NCBI RefSeq assembly: GCF_036321535.1
Contig: NC_087437.1
Location: forward strand, 11,720,001-11,784,000
Direction: 5' to 3'
Source of the DNA: Camelus dromedarius
Taxonomy: Eukaryota
DNA length: 64,000 nucleotides
The translations under genes and the position numbers were made by a program. The notes under the pieces were generated by a model, which was not told the DNA's origin, ran no database searches, and saw only the letters and a program-made list of their open reading frames with translations. The stretch's first letter is position 1; the number at the start of each line of letters is the position of its first letter. Positions 26,540 to 40,332 of the stretch are shown piece after piece.

Positions 26540-27235
26540 TCCACTGATTTTATCTCCCAAATATCTCTGAAATCCTCTCCTCCTTCCTGGTTCCACAGGT
26601 CCCTCCTAGTCCAATTCACCATCACCCCCTTCCTGGACTTCAGCAGTATCCTAATTGCTCTCCTTGTTTCTATTCTTGCCCTTGGCTCCACCAATCCATT
26701 CTTCCCTGTGCAACCACAGTGTTCCTAAAATGCCAATCTTACCTCATTTCTCTGCCTAAAATCCTGCACTGGCTGCCCACTGAGGGTCGTCGGATTTGAC
26801 CCCTGCCCACCTCCACAGTCTACCTCATCTGGAGCTTTCTTCGCCCAGAGTGCTTTGGCTTGCTTGGGAGCTCTTTTACTCCCCAGCCTCAGGCCCCAGG
26901 GGCGTGCCATTCCTTGGTTTGGAGCACTCCTTTTCTCCATTTTTTACTGGGTAAACATCCTTCAGAGCTCTGTCTAAATGTCAATTTCTTAGAGCAACTT
27001 TCTGCGATACCAGAGTAGGCTTGACCCTCCGTTTCTGCACTCTCATAGCACTCTGTTCTTTTGCCAGCATTCCCCGTAACTGCAGGATGTAATTAAAGAA
27101 TAATGTGTTACTGTTTATTAAAGTCTGTCTCCTACACTTGTTGTTAACTTCATGAGAGTCAGGTCTGGCTCTTTCTTATTCTCCACTGTTTGCCACCTCT
27201 TACTTAGTATAGGGCCTGGCCTTTGTAAGCACAAA
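26540..27235 (+). mobile_element. L2 3' region
   Basis: ttttatctcccaaatatctctgaaatcc...cctaattgctctcctt...ctgcactctcatagcactctg. Confidence 0.7.
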
Positions 27236-27748
27236 CAATCACACATTTTTGCCTATGCTACAGACATTAAGCCTTTTACCCTTTAGTCATACAAAATGAC
27301 TGTTGCTGGCCTATGTCTTAAAAATGGCTGCAAACTATTGGGAGATTGGATCTTTTAATATAAAGAATTTTTTCAGATGAGCTCAGAAATTCATCACAAA
27401 GGCTGATCCACCATAGTCAACTGGACCTCCTTGAGTTTGTGTCTGATCATCTATTAATTATGTGACTTATTGATAAGAAGTAAGGGTGCTCCAAGGGCTT
27501 AGCAAGGGAAAGTATTGAGTGAAAATCAGGAACAAAGGCAGCAAAAAGCCATGAATGTAAGATGGAGGTGGCATAAACTACTGAGAGATAATATCAGACA
27601 GAGAATAAAGACAAAGATGTTACATGGGTAATTATGTAAGGAAGAAAGATGTTTTCTGAAATGAATTCCATCAAAGAGACTATAAGGTTAGAGACAAGTT
27701 AGCAAGTTTAGATTGGAAAGGGTGACTGAGAAAATTCAGTAATTAATT

Positions 27749-27843
27749 TTTCTTCCTTCCTTTCTTTCTTTTCTTCCTTCCTTTTTGCCTCCCTCCCTGC
27801 CTCCCTCCCTCTCTTCCTTCCATCCTTCCTCCTTTCCTCTCTT
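27749..27843. repeat. CT-rich low-complexity tract ((TTCC)n/(CCCT)n)
   Basis: Read directly. Confidence 0.8.
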
Positions 27844-29325
27844 TAGCAATGAATATACTGCTCATGAGTGGAATCATTTTATAAGCACTGGGATAAAGGT
27901 CAAGGCACAGGCAATGTTTATAGAGAAACAGGGGTTTCGATTAGGCAATTTGCTAGTAACACCTTCAGTAAATAAATGTGAGAATAATATGGAGTGTTTA
28001 TAAGACAGTGAGTTTTTAATCAAATCCACTCACTAAGGAAGCCATAAAGTAATCTGCAAAGTACTTTGAGATAATCAATGACTGTGTAAACACAGTCTCA
28101 CCTTAGCAGCTGAAATTATAAAATGATCTGTTTTAGAAAATTCCAACTCTGGCATTTTATTTCCCTTGAGTGGTAACAATAGATTGATTTATGAAATAAT
28201 ATTTCTTAATTTGAGTTGTTATTCTGTAAGTATACAAATTAGCTGTTAGTTAGGGGATGGATACTGCTAGCAATAATTTCATTTTTGCTTTTGAATTTTA
28301 TTTGAAAAAAATTTCCAGGTTCAGAAAATAGCTTTTTGTGAATCCATCTGATGTGCAGGACACGGGTGAGCTTTAAGCCTGTGCTTTTGGAATCATTCCT
28401 GTGCCAAAGCACATGCAGAAATTCAGCATTCCTGAAGACAGTGACTGTGCTTTTTTTTTTCCCCAAGGGTATGAACACAAAAGAAAGAGCTATGCTTAGT
28501 TAAAATGAGAAAGAGAGAGAAAACAAAAGCCTGGGAAACATTGAAAACTTGATATTCTCAATGTTTGGTATATTACTGGAGATGAGTAGAGAATTCTAAC
28601 AGTCTGGGTTTCAGCTTAATTTCTTTCTAGGATCAGAGGACGAGCATGAACTTCTCCACTAAGACTCACAGTTCAGCTCCCTTTTGTGTAATCTACTTAC
28701 TAGGGACACCTTGCTGACCTGGAGGTCCCCAAGGTTCTGAGAAATCAGAAGTCTAGATGATTCTGGCTTTGAACTCACACAGGGCTGGCTATGAGTTACC
28801 ATACTAAAAGCCCAAGGAAAATCCATCCCACGTCCATGACGAGTTTATCTCTTGGTTAATAGGATGCCAAAGACTATGTGGGGAAGGGGAAGACAGCACC
28901 AAACTTTTTCTGTCTAACCTGGGGGCTCTACCTACTGTCAGCAGAGTTCACAGAATCAGAAGCCCACCTATGCTTGAGCTGCATGAGGTTTTTAAACTGG
29001 CCGTTCTGGTGTTGAGGGAATCCCACATTTAGCAGACAAATACTCCCCATGACTTCGATGGAAATGAAGTATCCACAGAGGTTTAACCCAATCTATTGTT
29101 CTTTAATCAGGAATGTGTCATAATGTCCCAGTTTCCTGATGTAATTTCAGGGGAATTAAACTGGAACAACTAGAAATTACATTATTAATTATATTCAATG
29201 TCAACTGAAATTACTACCTGATATAATCTTGCTAACAAAACATGTGGATGAGAAGCTACTCCCAGCCTCATCAGTTAGTAGGCCCTGGTAGCCTACTCCC
29301 TCACTATGGGTTGGCTAATCAGGAA

Positions 29326-29352
29326 ACACACACACACACATACACACACACA
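29326..29352. repeat. (CA)n microsatellite
   Basis: Read directly. Confidence 0.9.
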
Positions 29353-29444
29353 GATGCATTTTTTTTCCTTCTAAAAAAATCTTAAGTTAAAAGTGATTTT
29401 AAAGACTGGGTCCTTGCCTCTCACTCTTGCTCTGTCCTGGGTTC

Positions 29445-30318
29445 CAAAACCTGAAGTATTTAAAATAATATTGATTCTCAGGCCCCATCTTGTAGAATCT
29501 GAGTCAGTTCAGCTAGAACAGGGCCTGGGCATTCCTGTATTTAAAAAGGGTATTGTCTGTTGGTGGGAATGTAATCTGGTGCAGCCACTATGGAAAGCAG
29601 TATGGAGATTCCTCAAAAAACTAAAAATAGACTTACCATATGATCCAGCAATCCCAATCCTGGGCATATATCCAGAGGGAACTCTAATTTGAAAAGATGT
29701 ATGCACCCAATATTCATAGCAGCACTATTTCCAATAGCGAAGATATGGAAACCACCTAAATGTCCATCCACAGATGACTGGATAAAGAAGTTGTGGTATA
29801 TGTATATAATGGAATACTACTCAGCCATAAAAAAGAAAGGGATAATGCCATTTTCAGCAACATGGATAGGCCTGGAGATTATTATACTAAGTGAAATAAG
29901 CCAAAAAGAGAAGGAAAAATACCATATGATATCGCTTCCATGTGGAATATTTAAAAATGGCACAAAATGAACTTATTTACAAAACAGAAACAGACTCACA
30001 GACATAGAAAACAAACTTTTGGTTACCTTAGGGAGAAAGGGTGAGAGGGACAAATTGGGAGTTTGGGATTTGCAGATACCAACTACTATGTACAGAATAG
30101 ATAAACAACAAGGTCCTACTGTATAGCACAAAGAACTGTATTTTATATCTTCTAGAAACCTATAATGGAAAAAAACATGAAAAAGAATATATATGTGTGT
30201 ATGTGTGTATAACTGAATCACTATGTTACACACCAGAGACTAACCCAACAGTGTAAATCAACTATACTTCAATTAAAAAAAAAGTTGATTGTAATGAGAT
30301 CCTAAGGTTGAAGACCAC
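29445..30318. mobile_element. MER5-like MITE split by the L1 at 29557-30278
   Basis: Left half gattctcaggccccatc...gggcctgggcattcctgtattt; right half gattgtaatg...aggttgaagaccac. Confidence 0.6.
29557..30278 (+). mobile_element. 5'-truncated L1 3' end
   Basis: ORF2p pieces [13 protein letters not shown]...LPYDPAIP and IFIAALF...MEYYSAIKK; imperfect TSD aaaaagggtattgt/aaaaagttgattgt. Confidence 0.92.
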
Positions 30319-32403
30319 AAATAAATGCTATTTCATTCCATCTTTCTGGTTACCTTTGAAAGTAGACTTTGCCATTACATTGTTGCTTATCAAAAATCTG
30401 ACATTCAGTTTAAAGCTAAGATTTGAACCCATGTATGTAGGATTTTTTAAGTCTTTGCTTTTCTCATCAAGTTGTATTTCTTAAGACTTCTAATGAGATC
30501 AAAGAATTTTCATAGAAAGATGCTCATAATTGTTGAGAGACAAAAGGAAAAGAAAATTCAATTATAGTGGTTAGGATAAACATAGAAGAGTTATTTAAGG
30601 CTTTGCAAATTCTCTGAAGTTCTATACATTTGCCATGCTGGGAAGCTTGATGCATCTTCCTTGATTACATAATGTCACATTGGAAAAGCTGGCACTGAAG
30701 TATTAAGTTCCTCTTGTCCTCTCACCAGCCCAGTATGTGAACTTTGTAAACACTGCACAAAAAGGTGACATTTCTGAGTTTTCACTACATGCATTTTAAC
30801 TTTATAGAAAACAACATTTCCCAACCATTTTTTTTTGACATTCCATCTCTTCCATAAAAAGTAGATGAGATGAACTATCATAGATCTACTAATCACTGTG
30901 GCTGGCTATTTCCCTTGAATCTCTCTGCTCCTCATTTATCTTGGGGGGATGAGAGGGGGATGTGGAACCGATGAAATATTATCAGAGGCATCTTAATGCT
31001 ACTGCATCCTCGAAACACAAATAATATCCTGACGGTAAAGGTCTAAACCCGAGCCTTAGGTAGGTCAGTTTTATCCAGATCAAGCAAAAAAGTTCTGCCC
31101 TCCTTTCCTACCCATTTTCATCTGCTCTCTGGCAGAGCCTCCTGTAGCAGATGTAGTAAAACTGTGTAGAGCTGCCAAGATGTTTGATCAAGTCCTTGTG
31201 ACTGCTGTGGCTGTCGCCTCAAATTTCAGATTCAAAACCACAACTTTATTACCCCATCCACCAACGATCAAGTTCTCTGGGGGAAGAGTAATTTGTATGG
31301 ACAAAACCCCTAAGCACTTAATGGATAAATCATCATGCCAATCTGCTCAATTGCATTGGCCCGGAAAGAGTTTGCTCGTTGGATCTTGTTCTTTTTTGCT
31401 GTTTATTCTTTCAGTAACAACTCACTGAATGACTCTTTCTTCTAAGAGACTCTTCCCATTGTGCTTTTTTTCACAGGGCAATCGATTATAAACTGGAAAT
31501 ATTGGGGGGTGTTTATTGGTTACAAAGAGTGGAAACTCACTCAGGCTTGTTTTGACTTACATTCAAAAGTAAAGTGGAGGAGGCCAGAAAAGTGGGAAGT
31601 AATTAGGCATCTCTCTCTTGCTCTTGAGCTCTCAGACCGAACGACCTCTTGTGTCTCCAGCTCTCTGCACATCAGACCAACACTAATCAGGCTTTCTTTG
31701 CTTGGATGCAGCCCAACATGGCAGCCACCCCCAGTGACCACCAATTCAGAATGGACAAGCCCTCACAACCCAGCGGCAGTGCCCATTTCCACTCAATCTG
31801 CTCAGTCTCTAGGCTTCTGAGTTCATGTCTTCTTGAAAGGTCTCTGATGGGCTCAATCCATCTGTGACTATTTCCCGAGGTCAGATGTCTAAGTCTGGCC
31901 CAGTCTATGTACCTTACCTAGGCCTACCCTTCTCCAGGATCTAGAGATTCAGTATAAATGGTGGGAGTGTGGGTGGGAGACAATGGGAGAGCATCTAATA
32001 CATTGGTGAACATGAGGCATCCTCTGGGCGTTTTCCTGGTGGGTATAGGTGCATACTGAGTGGGACTGTAGGGCTGGGACCAAACTGATGGTGCACTGGA
32101 AGAGGAAGAGATGTCCTTCTCTGTGACATTGTGCCATGCATGGCACAGGCAGGGAGGCAGAGCAGGAGAAAGGGGGCAGCACCCCAGAGGTTTCCATGCC
32201 TCTAAGACATACACCTGAAGTGAAACACTAGCATTCATAGAGTTCTTTCAGGGGGCTCTTCCTTACCTGGTCCAGGGAGCAAGCTTTGTAGAGCCTCTGC
32301 AATGTGTTTGGAGGATAGACAGGATAGCCCCAGGAGAGAAAGAGGCTGAAATCCACAGAAGGGAAGGCACTGAGGTTTTCTGCAAGGGATCCTAGACACT
32401 GGG

Positions 32404-32837
32404 TACAGTGGTTTGAATAGTGATCCCCAAAAGACATGTCTGCATCTTCAACTCTGGTACCTGTGACTCTGATGTTATTTGGAAATAGGATCTTTGCAGA
32501 TGTAAGTAAGGTAAGGATCTCAAGATGGGATCACCTTGGATTAAGATGAGTCCTAAGTCTACCCTAGGAGTCCTTCAAGAGAAGACAGAGACACAGGGAA
32601 GAGGCCATGAGAAGATGGAGGCAGACTGAAGTTTTGCTGCCACAAGACAAGAAACACCAAGAACCACTACAAGCTGGGAAAGGCAAAACAGGATTCTCCT
32701 AAAAGGACTTCAGAGAGAGAATATGGCCTTCGATTTTGGACTTTTGGCCTCCAGAATTGTGAGAGAATAAATTTCTGTTGTTTTAAGCCAAGAAGTCTGT
32801 GGCAGCTTGTTAATGGAAGCCCTAAGAAACTAATATG
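32404..32837 (+). mobile_element. MaLR solo LTR (MLT1C-like)
   Basis: ttatttggaaataggatctttgcagatgtaa...ggcctccagaattgtgagagaataaatttctgttgttttaagcca; 5-bp TSD ctggg/ttggg. Confidence 0.88.
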
Positions 32838-33674
32838 TTGGGCTTATATGACAGGTCCACCTTCGCCTCTTCTGGGAAATTGAGTTTCAGCCAAGAGAGA
32901 GAAGAATCGGGCACTAGAGGATGCTGCCTTCAGTAGCAGCTCCCAGACCATGAAAGTAAGAGTGTGAGACACTGAGCACTGCAGATCAAGTGGGGTGGGG
33001 TGGGGTCCCCATCTCAGTGAGGATATGGAGTCTGAGCCAGATGGGATGGAGGAGGTCTTTGCTCCGCCTTAAGGTGGAAATGCTAAATTGAGACTGTGAA
33101 AAGATGACCTAGGTTCACCCCTCATGGACCCCTTGTGTGCACTTGTATAAGTTCCTCACTCTCTAGGGGCCTCAGCAACAGCAACCATGCACAAAAAGAT
33201 TGCACAAAATAACTTCTAAAGGTCTTTGTGATTGGGGCCTTCTGATCCCTAGGCCTATGAGGTTAGAATAAGGGGAGAGTCAGGTCTGAGCCTGTAACAC
33301 TTTGTCTTGGGGACTGACTCCTTCAGTTGGATACACCAGTTTGATGGAGACATTTGCTGTCTCCACCACCGAGTCTGGGATAGAGCCTCAGACTTGATCC
33401 TCCTCATGTCTCAGCTACTATCTGGGACCAATAGTGGCCTTGGAGGATTTGGCCCTTGAGTTCACATGCATAGTCAATATCCCTTCCTATCTCAGGCTTC
33501 TGGGGACACTTTGAGCACTCCAGCCATAGAACCCCACAGGGACCTTGCTGGGTGTCCCATAACGTGTATCCTCTTCCAGGCTCAAAGCAATGCTGGAATG
33601 CTTCAGGTGACTTTGGAGGTTTATGGGAATGAACTACAAGGGTTCCACCTGGGACCATTTTCTGAGGTACATTT

Positions 33675-33890
33675 CAGAGCTGTACTCTATAACATGGTAG
33701 CCACCAGCTGAATGTGGCTTTATAAACTGAAATTAGTTTAAATAAAATAAAGTTAAAAATTGAGTGTCTGAGTTGCACCAGCCTAAGTCAGTTGCTCAAG
33801 AGTCACATGAGGCTGTTGGCTGCCGTGCTGGACATCGCAGAGAGACATTTCCATTGTTGCAGAAGGCTGTATTGGCTCGCAGTGCTCTAG
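33675..33890. mobile_element. MER3-like hAT MITE
   Basis: atggtagccaccagctgaatgtggct...gctcaagagtcacatgaggctgttggctgccgtgctggaca...catttccattgttgcagaagg. Confidence 0.8.
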
Positions 33891-33892
33891 AT

Positions 33893-34037
33893 CAGTGATT
33901 TAAAGCATCTGAAATCTTGTTAAAATACATATTCTGATTCAATTGATCTGGGATGGGGCCTGATATTCTGTAAGTCTAACAAGCTCCTAGATACTGCCAA
34001 TGCTGCTGGTTCATAGACCACACTTTGAGAGGTGAGG
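33893..34037. mobile_element. MER5A-like hAT MITE
   Basis: cttgttaaaatacatattctgattca...gatggggcctgatattctg...aacaagctcc...gaccacactttgag. Confidence 0.8.
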
Positions 34038-34291
34038 GTTCACATCACTGTGAATTGATCATGGCCATTTTGCTAGCTGTATGCTGGAGCTAAGGAGTGG
34101 GGAGGGGGAGACCCTTCCATCTTCAAGGAGTTGAAAAGGGACTGGGCTAGCCTGGTTGGAATAGATTCTTCACCGAAGAGAAAAATGGAAAGTCATTGGC
34201 TGAGTCAGTCAGGCCCTGCATGTCAACCCAAGAGATACAGACTTTCCTCTGTAGAGCAGGCCTTCTCACTAAGGTGAGAGATACAGTAGTC

Positions 34292-34517
34292 CAGGTGTTG
34301 GCAAACTTTTTTTGTAAAGGGTCAGATGGTAAATATTTTAGGCTCTTGTGGGCCATTACGTGTCTGTCTCAATTACTCAAGTTTGCTGATGTAGCATGAA
34401 CGCAGATATAGACAATATGTCAAGAAATGAATGTGGCTCTGTTCCAATAAAACTTTGTCCACAAAAACAGATGGCATATTAGATGTGTCCCATGGGGCAT
34501 GGTTTATGGACCCTCGC
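34292..34517 (+). mobile_element. MER58A-like hAT MITE
   Basis: caggtgttggcaaactttttttgtaaagggtcagatggtaaatattttaggct...gttccaataaaactt. Confidence 0.85.
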
Positions 34518-35664
34518 ACTAGTGGGTCATGATGGGAGCCTTGAGTAGAGTTACAACTTGTCAATTAGAATTTCTTATATAACTTGGAGCCTGTTTCAGT
34601 CACGCTTGTTATTAGTCCTTACTAATAAGAATAAATGTTAACTATTAGTATAATTGGTTTAATTTCAGTTTCAAAGCAACAATTCCCTAATGCATACAAT
34701 AAAAAATTACATGGATATTGAAGTCAAACTATGATATGTAGAAACTGCAAGTTGCCCAGAAGCACAAAGTGCAACATCTGGACAGTCAATTCAAAAACCG
34801 ACGTCTATCCACCAGCTGGTGCCTTCTATTAAAATGTTCCAACAGAAACTAATGATCTGAATGCCAGGTTGTAGAATTGCTTTATTTACCATGAGGGTAA
34901 ACAAAGACTTAGGGAGAGTCACTGGTTCAACTTCCACAGGTGATGGTTGGCCAGTTTAGGATGAACCAGGGGCTCCTGTTTCCTGAACAGCATGCAACCC
35001 TCCCCTGACGCTATCTCTACAGAGTGGACAAAGCACTATTCAAATACTGTAAATGCAAGGTGTCCTTCCTCCAGAAAAAATTCTCACCGAGCCCAGGGAA
35101 ATGGTATGAATTGTGGCTGCAAACACAACCACTGTTATAAGACATTCACTGAACATTTCATAAACCATCTCCTCATTTTCTTAGACTTTTGGGAGACGGA
35201 TTTGGATGATAAACGTCTCTCTAAAGAGCTATCCAAGATATTTAAATGAAGTCTTCAGTCATTCTGTAAGAATTTCTCTGTGACAAGCACAAAAATCAAG
35301 ATTATTTCATTTATAATTTTTTTCTTTTAAAAGAATAAACCATTCCATACAACAGTTTTGTTGGAGGAAGCACTGATTAAGATATTAAGAGGTCTTAGAT
35401 CCAAGGGAGGTTTGTTGAGGCTTTTGACAATTTAGCTTTCTGAGATCTGAATTCCAGATCACCTTTACCCTCCCCTCCCCTTTGCCCTTCCCCAATTCTC
35501 TAAGATTTAATTGGAAACACATCATCCTCTCAAAGACTTGGCTTTCTTCATACGGTCCAGTTTGCAGTCATTCAACCTGACGATCATGAGCTTCAGAGCA
35601 GGGCATTTTAACAGGTTCATGAAGGTGCTGGGGTTTGAATGAAAGAGCTATGGTCCTGCGACAC

Positions 35665-35800
35665 CTCAGTGAGCCACCCAAGACAAATTATATCAGTCCT
35701 ATTTCACAGATGAGACCAAGGCATCAACATGGCCAACATCATTTGGAGGGTGGAAGACTGGCCTCCAGCCCATTTGTCTCCAAGACCAGGCCTCCTTTCC
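35665..35800 (-). mobile_element. MIR fragment
   Basis: cctatttcacagatgagaccaaggc core. Confidence 0.45.
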
Positions 35801-36305
35801 CACACTGAGTTGTGGCTCTGGTAGCCCTGTCATCTTCCAGGTGTCCCATGAGACCTTGGATGGTCTCAGAGCCCAATCATGATGGAGACAGAATGTCCCA
35901 ATCACCTCATGTGATGAAGAACTCAGGGTCCAGATACTTTGTTTTGAAGTAAATAAAGTGATATTTCTTGAATTTCAGCTTGTAAACGGATATTTACCCT
36001 TGGTATAAGCAAACAAGTACTTATGGTGCAAAAATATTTGTTTCTTGTCAGTGGAGATGTCTTTATCTCAATGAATGGTACAAGATAGATGATCAATTGG
36101 CCAGACCAGACTCTGGAGGTGTTCTTTGATTCTTTATTTGCCCTAATTCATCACAATAGTTAATTTTAAGACAGTGCTTCAGTGTTGGATTTTTTCTAAA
36201 TCGCAAAAGTAATAAATCCTCATTAGGATAAGTAAAATACTATAAAAATATATAAAGAGAAAAATTAAACTTCGTCTCTTTTGGCTTATCTTCCTTGGAC
36301 CCTGA

Positions 36306-36353
<48 letters not shown>
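36306..36353. repeat. (GAT)16 microsatellite at the L1 tail/TSD
   Basis: Read directly. Confidence 0.95.
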
Positions 36354-36355
<2 letters not shown>

Positions 36356-37760
36356 ATATTTTAGGTACTTTTTTTTAACATTTTTTTATTGAGTTATAGT
36401 CATTTTACAATGTTGTGTCAAATTCCAGTGTAGAGCACAATTTTTCAATTATACATGAACATACATATATTTATTGTCACATCTTTTTTCACTGTGAGCT
36501 ACCATAAGATCTTGTATATATTTCTCTGTGCTATACAGTATAGTCTTGTTTATCTATTCTACATTTTGAAATCTCAGTCTGTCCCTTCCCACCCACTGAT
36601 CCTTCGCAACCACAAGTTTGTATTCTATGTCTATGAATCTGTTTCTGTTTTGTATTTATGTTCCTTATTTTTTTAAGATTCCACATATGAGCGATCTCAT
36701 ATGGTATCTTCCTTTCTCTTTCTGGCTTACTTCACTTAGAATGACATTCTCCAGGAGCATCCATGTTGCTGCAAATGGCATTATGTTGTCAGTTTTTGTG
36801 GCTGAATAGTATTCCATTGTATAAATATACCACCACTTCTTTATCCAGCCATCTGTTGATGGACATTTAAGCTGTTTCCATGTCTTGGCTATTGTAAATA
36901 GTGCTGCTATGAACATTGGGGTGCAGGTGTCATCCTGAAGTAGGGTTCCTTCTGGATATATGCCCAGGGGTGGGATTCCTGGGTCATATGGTAAGTCTAT
37001 TCCTAGTCTTTTGAGGAATCTCCATACTGTTTTCCACAGTGGCTGCACCAAACTGCATTCCCACCAGCAGTGTAGGAGAGTTCCCTTTTCTCCACAGCTT
37101 CTCCAGCATTTGTCATTTGTGGACTTTTGAATGATGGCCATTCTGACTGGTGTGAGGTGATACCTCATTGTAGTTTTGGTTTGCATTTCTCTGATAATTA
37201 GTGATATTGAGCATTTTTTCATGTGCTTATTGATCATTTGTATTTCTTCCTTGGAGAATTGCTTGTTTAGGACTTCTGCCCATTTTTGGATTGGGTTGTT
37301 TGTTTTTTTCTTATTAAGTCATATGAGCTGCTTATATATTCTGGAGATCAAGCCTTTGTCAGTTTCATAAGCAAAAATTTTCTCCCATTCTGTAGGTTGT
37401 CGTTTTGCTTTACTTCTGGTTTCCTTTGCTGTGCAGAAGCTTGTAAGTTTCATTAGGTCCCATTTGTTTATTCTTGCTTTTATTTCTATTTCTTGGGTAG
37501 ACTGCCCTAGGAGAACATTTTTGAGATGGATGTCAGATAATGTTTTGCCTCTATTTTCTTCTAGGATGTTTATTGTATCTTGTCTCATGTTTAAGTTTTT
37601 GATCCATTTTGAGTTTATTTTTGTGTATGGTGTAAGGGAGTGTTCTAGCTTCATTGATTTACATGCTTCTGTCCAGTTTTCCCAACACCATTTGCTGAAG
37701 GGACTGTCTTTATTCCATTGTATAGTCTTGCCTTCTTTGTTGAAGATTAGTTGATGAAAA
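36354..37760 (-). mobile_element. Young 5'-truncated L1 (~1.4 kb), ORF2p C-terminus with zinc knuckle
   Basis: ORFs 37319-37654 ([22 protein letters not shown]) and 36665-37237 ([18 protein letters not shown] ... TMEYYSA); TSD tggaccctgagat at 36296-36308 and 37761-37773. Confidence 0.95.
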
Positions 37761-37773
37761 TGGACCCTGAGAT

Positions 37774-38415
37774 TATTAATTTTACATTTTGGTGTGTATC
37801 CTTCAAAATATATTTATGCCTATAGATAGAGCCTGCCTACCCTCCTTTCTTGAAAAAATATTATACTATAAATATAGGGGGAAAAAACAGCCATAAATTA
37901 CTTTTTTTCTTTGCAAAATTTGCTTCTCATTGTTGTTTTAATTTTCCAAACTAGAGTGATAGTAAGCATTTGTCATCAATTTGGTCACTATTTGTATTGC
38001 TTATCTTTTGCTCATTTTTGTATTTTACTTAACAGTGTGTTGTAGCTATTAATGTATTGGGGTATCAACCACATGGGTAGCAAATGACTTTTCCCAATCT
38101 AGCACTTAAAAAATTTGTGTTTATGGCATCTTTGCTATATAGTTTTTCATGCTGATGTGTAGTAGTCAACTTATTTTGTGATGTCTTTTTTTGTGTGTTA
38201 CTTTTGTGTCACCCACCCTTAAATTATCCCCCTCATCTCTTATACTTTCTTTTTATATTAAAATATTAGATCTTTATCTGTTATTTCTATTTACATATGG
38301 TGTGAGGAAGGGGTCTGCTTTTACTTCTTCCAGATGGATAGGTATCTAAACATCCATTCTTTCCCAGTGAGTTGGAATAGTGGGTTTATCATATATTAAA
38401 TTTCCATATATAAAA
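37774..38415 (-). mobile_element. Ancient L1ME-like fragment hosting the young L1
   Basis: atatggtgtgaggaaggggtctgcttttac...tttatcatatattaaatttccatatat. Confidence 0.55.
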
Positions 38416-39929
38416 TATATAATTCACGTGCTGCTCATGAATTTGTTGGCTCATCTGATAGTCTCTTCCCACTTAAAAGTCTGCAGGGCAGAAACTTCTA
38501 CCAGCTCCTGACCACCATGCCATGGATGAGCTCGTTAGGTAATACATTTTCTCATTTCTGTCTGGAGCCTAAAGGACTCAATATATCTTTTAGGAACATA
38601 AACAAATGTTTTGAACAAAGCCCTCTACTTTCCTGTGACTTCCAATAAACACCAGCTTTCCATCTCAACGTTCTGAAAAGAAGAAACAGGAAGATCCTCT
38701 CTTAGGAAAATGAGCAGCAGGGCAGCATCTCTGCTCTCAAACGCTAAGTCCATCTGGCTTCTTCTTCCTCACTGCATCCAGGCCCTCCCTAACGTCCCTG
38801 GTCCCAGGCGCCCCGGGAGTCTTGTCCCTCCCACACAAGTGCTCTCGCCGCCCATTCAACTCACTCTAACCCAAATCTCCCTATAAGTCAGACACTGCAG
38901 AATGTAAGGGGTTCACAAAACTCAAAACTTTTGCCTTAATTGCACTGAAAGTTAGAACCAGAAATGAAGCAAAAATTCCCCATGAATCTGAAATTCTGTT
39001 GTGAAAACATTTTTAAAACTTGGATTGATAATAACCTCTGAACTCTGATTCCTAAGGTAAAAAAATGGAATAATAATGATCATAATAATACACCAAAATG
39101 GATACAATTGCTTTAAATTGTTTTAAGTGAACAAAAAAAAAATCCCCACCGCTTTCCCTCTCTTCCCTCTGCCACTTGCCTGCCCGCCCCCGACCCCCTA
39201 CCCCGTTCCCACATAAAAATAGATTTTAAATGGGCAGAGAAGATGTCCTCTGAAGCTGAAGCTCCCAGTGTAGACAGCTCATGTCTAAAAACACTAACTA
39301 GAATAGGAAAAAAAAAGTAGCCTGAGTTTCACACTCTTAAATTCCTCTCCAATGCAGTAGAAATTCCTTCAAGATAGCTTCAGAACACAACAGCTTGTGA
39401 GGGAGCCATGCGGCTGCGAGCCAGAAAGTTGGCACCCAATCCAGTCCATGGCCTTTCTCCACCAGCCCTCACCTGGAGACCCCTGGATGCTAGAATCACC
39501 GAAAGGTAGGTTTTCGCTACCACAACGCTCTTCTACAAACACTTTGTTCAGAGTGGTTGAATTGGACATTTCTGGTGACTAAACCCCTTCTAAGTGACGT
39601 GGGAAATAGGTATAAACTATGCATACAGACTCAGACTCAGAAAAAGACCCCACCTCGGTCTCCTCTGAATCATGGGGACTCTGTGAAATGTATTGCCCAC
39701 CAGGGAGAAAAGAGCCAAACAGATGGTGCAATTTCATGCTTTTTCTGGAGAGTTAAAAATATCCTCAATCATGTACTTAGAAATTGGCAGTAACTGAATT
39801 TTTGTTATTCCATAAGTTACACCAGACAGAAACTTTTTTAAGCAAAAGAGCACGGATGTCTACCACGAAGCAGCTCATGATCTCTGGTTGTGCTGAGCAA
39901 CAGTAGAACCTAGAAAATTCATTCTTAGC

Positions 39930-40332
39930 TTCCCCGGTAGCTGGTATACTATGTGCCCTAAGGCTGCCAGTCAGAGGCATTGAATCTGAGACCTCAGTTT
40001 GGGAGTAAGCAACTTGAGAAGGCAAGTGTCATCTGGATGCCACCACAGTGACAGCAGAAGCCTCCAGCCTTGGGGTGGCCATGATCGGAAGCCTGAGTGT
40101 CTGTCCGAGGAGTGGCGCTGGGTAACAGTGGTGGTGGTCCTCAACTCCGCACCAGGCCAGCTATGCTGCAGGCTTTGAGGCATTGCTCCTGGAAGCTTAG
40201 CTTGAATACGTCTCTCCTCCTCACAGGAATTCTGTGAGATACCTAATATAGTTTTCATGAGCTCCTTTTCTCTTTCATAAACCAGAGGCAGCCTCTGTGG
40301 CTTGCAATTAAGAATCCCAAGTGAAAAAAACA
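39930..40332 (+). mobile_element. Old MaLR LTR (MLT1J/K/L-like)
   Basis: 3' terminal motif ctctgtggcttgcaattaagaatcccaagtgaaaaaaaca. Confidence 0.45.

Noticed and set aside
36665..37654. Long ORFs with a CCHC zinc knuckle as a host gene
   Set aside because: They are the broken C-terminus of L1 ORF2p in a 5'-truncated, TSD-flanked copy.
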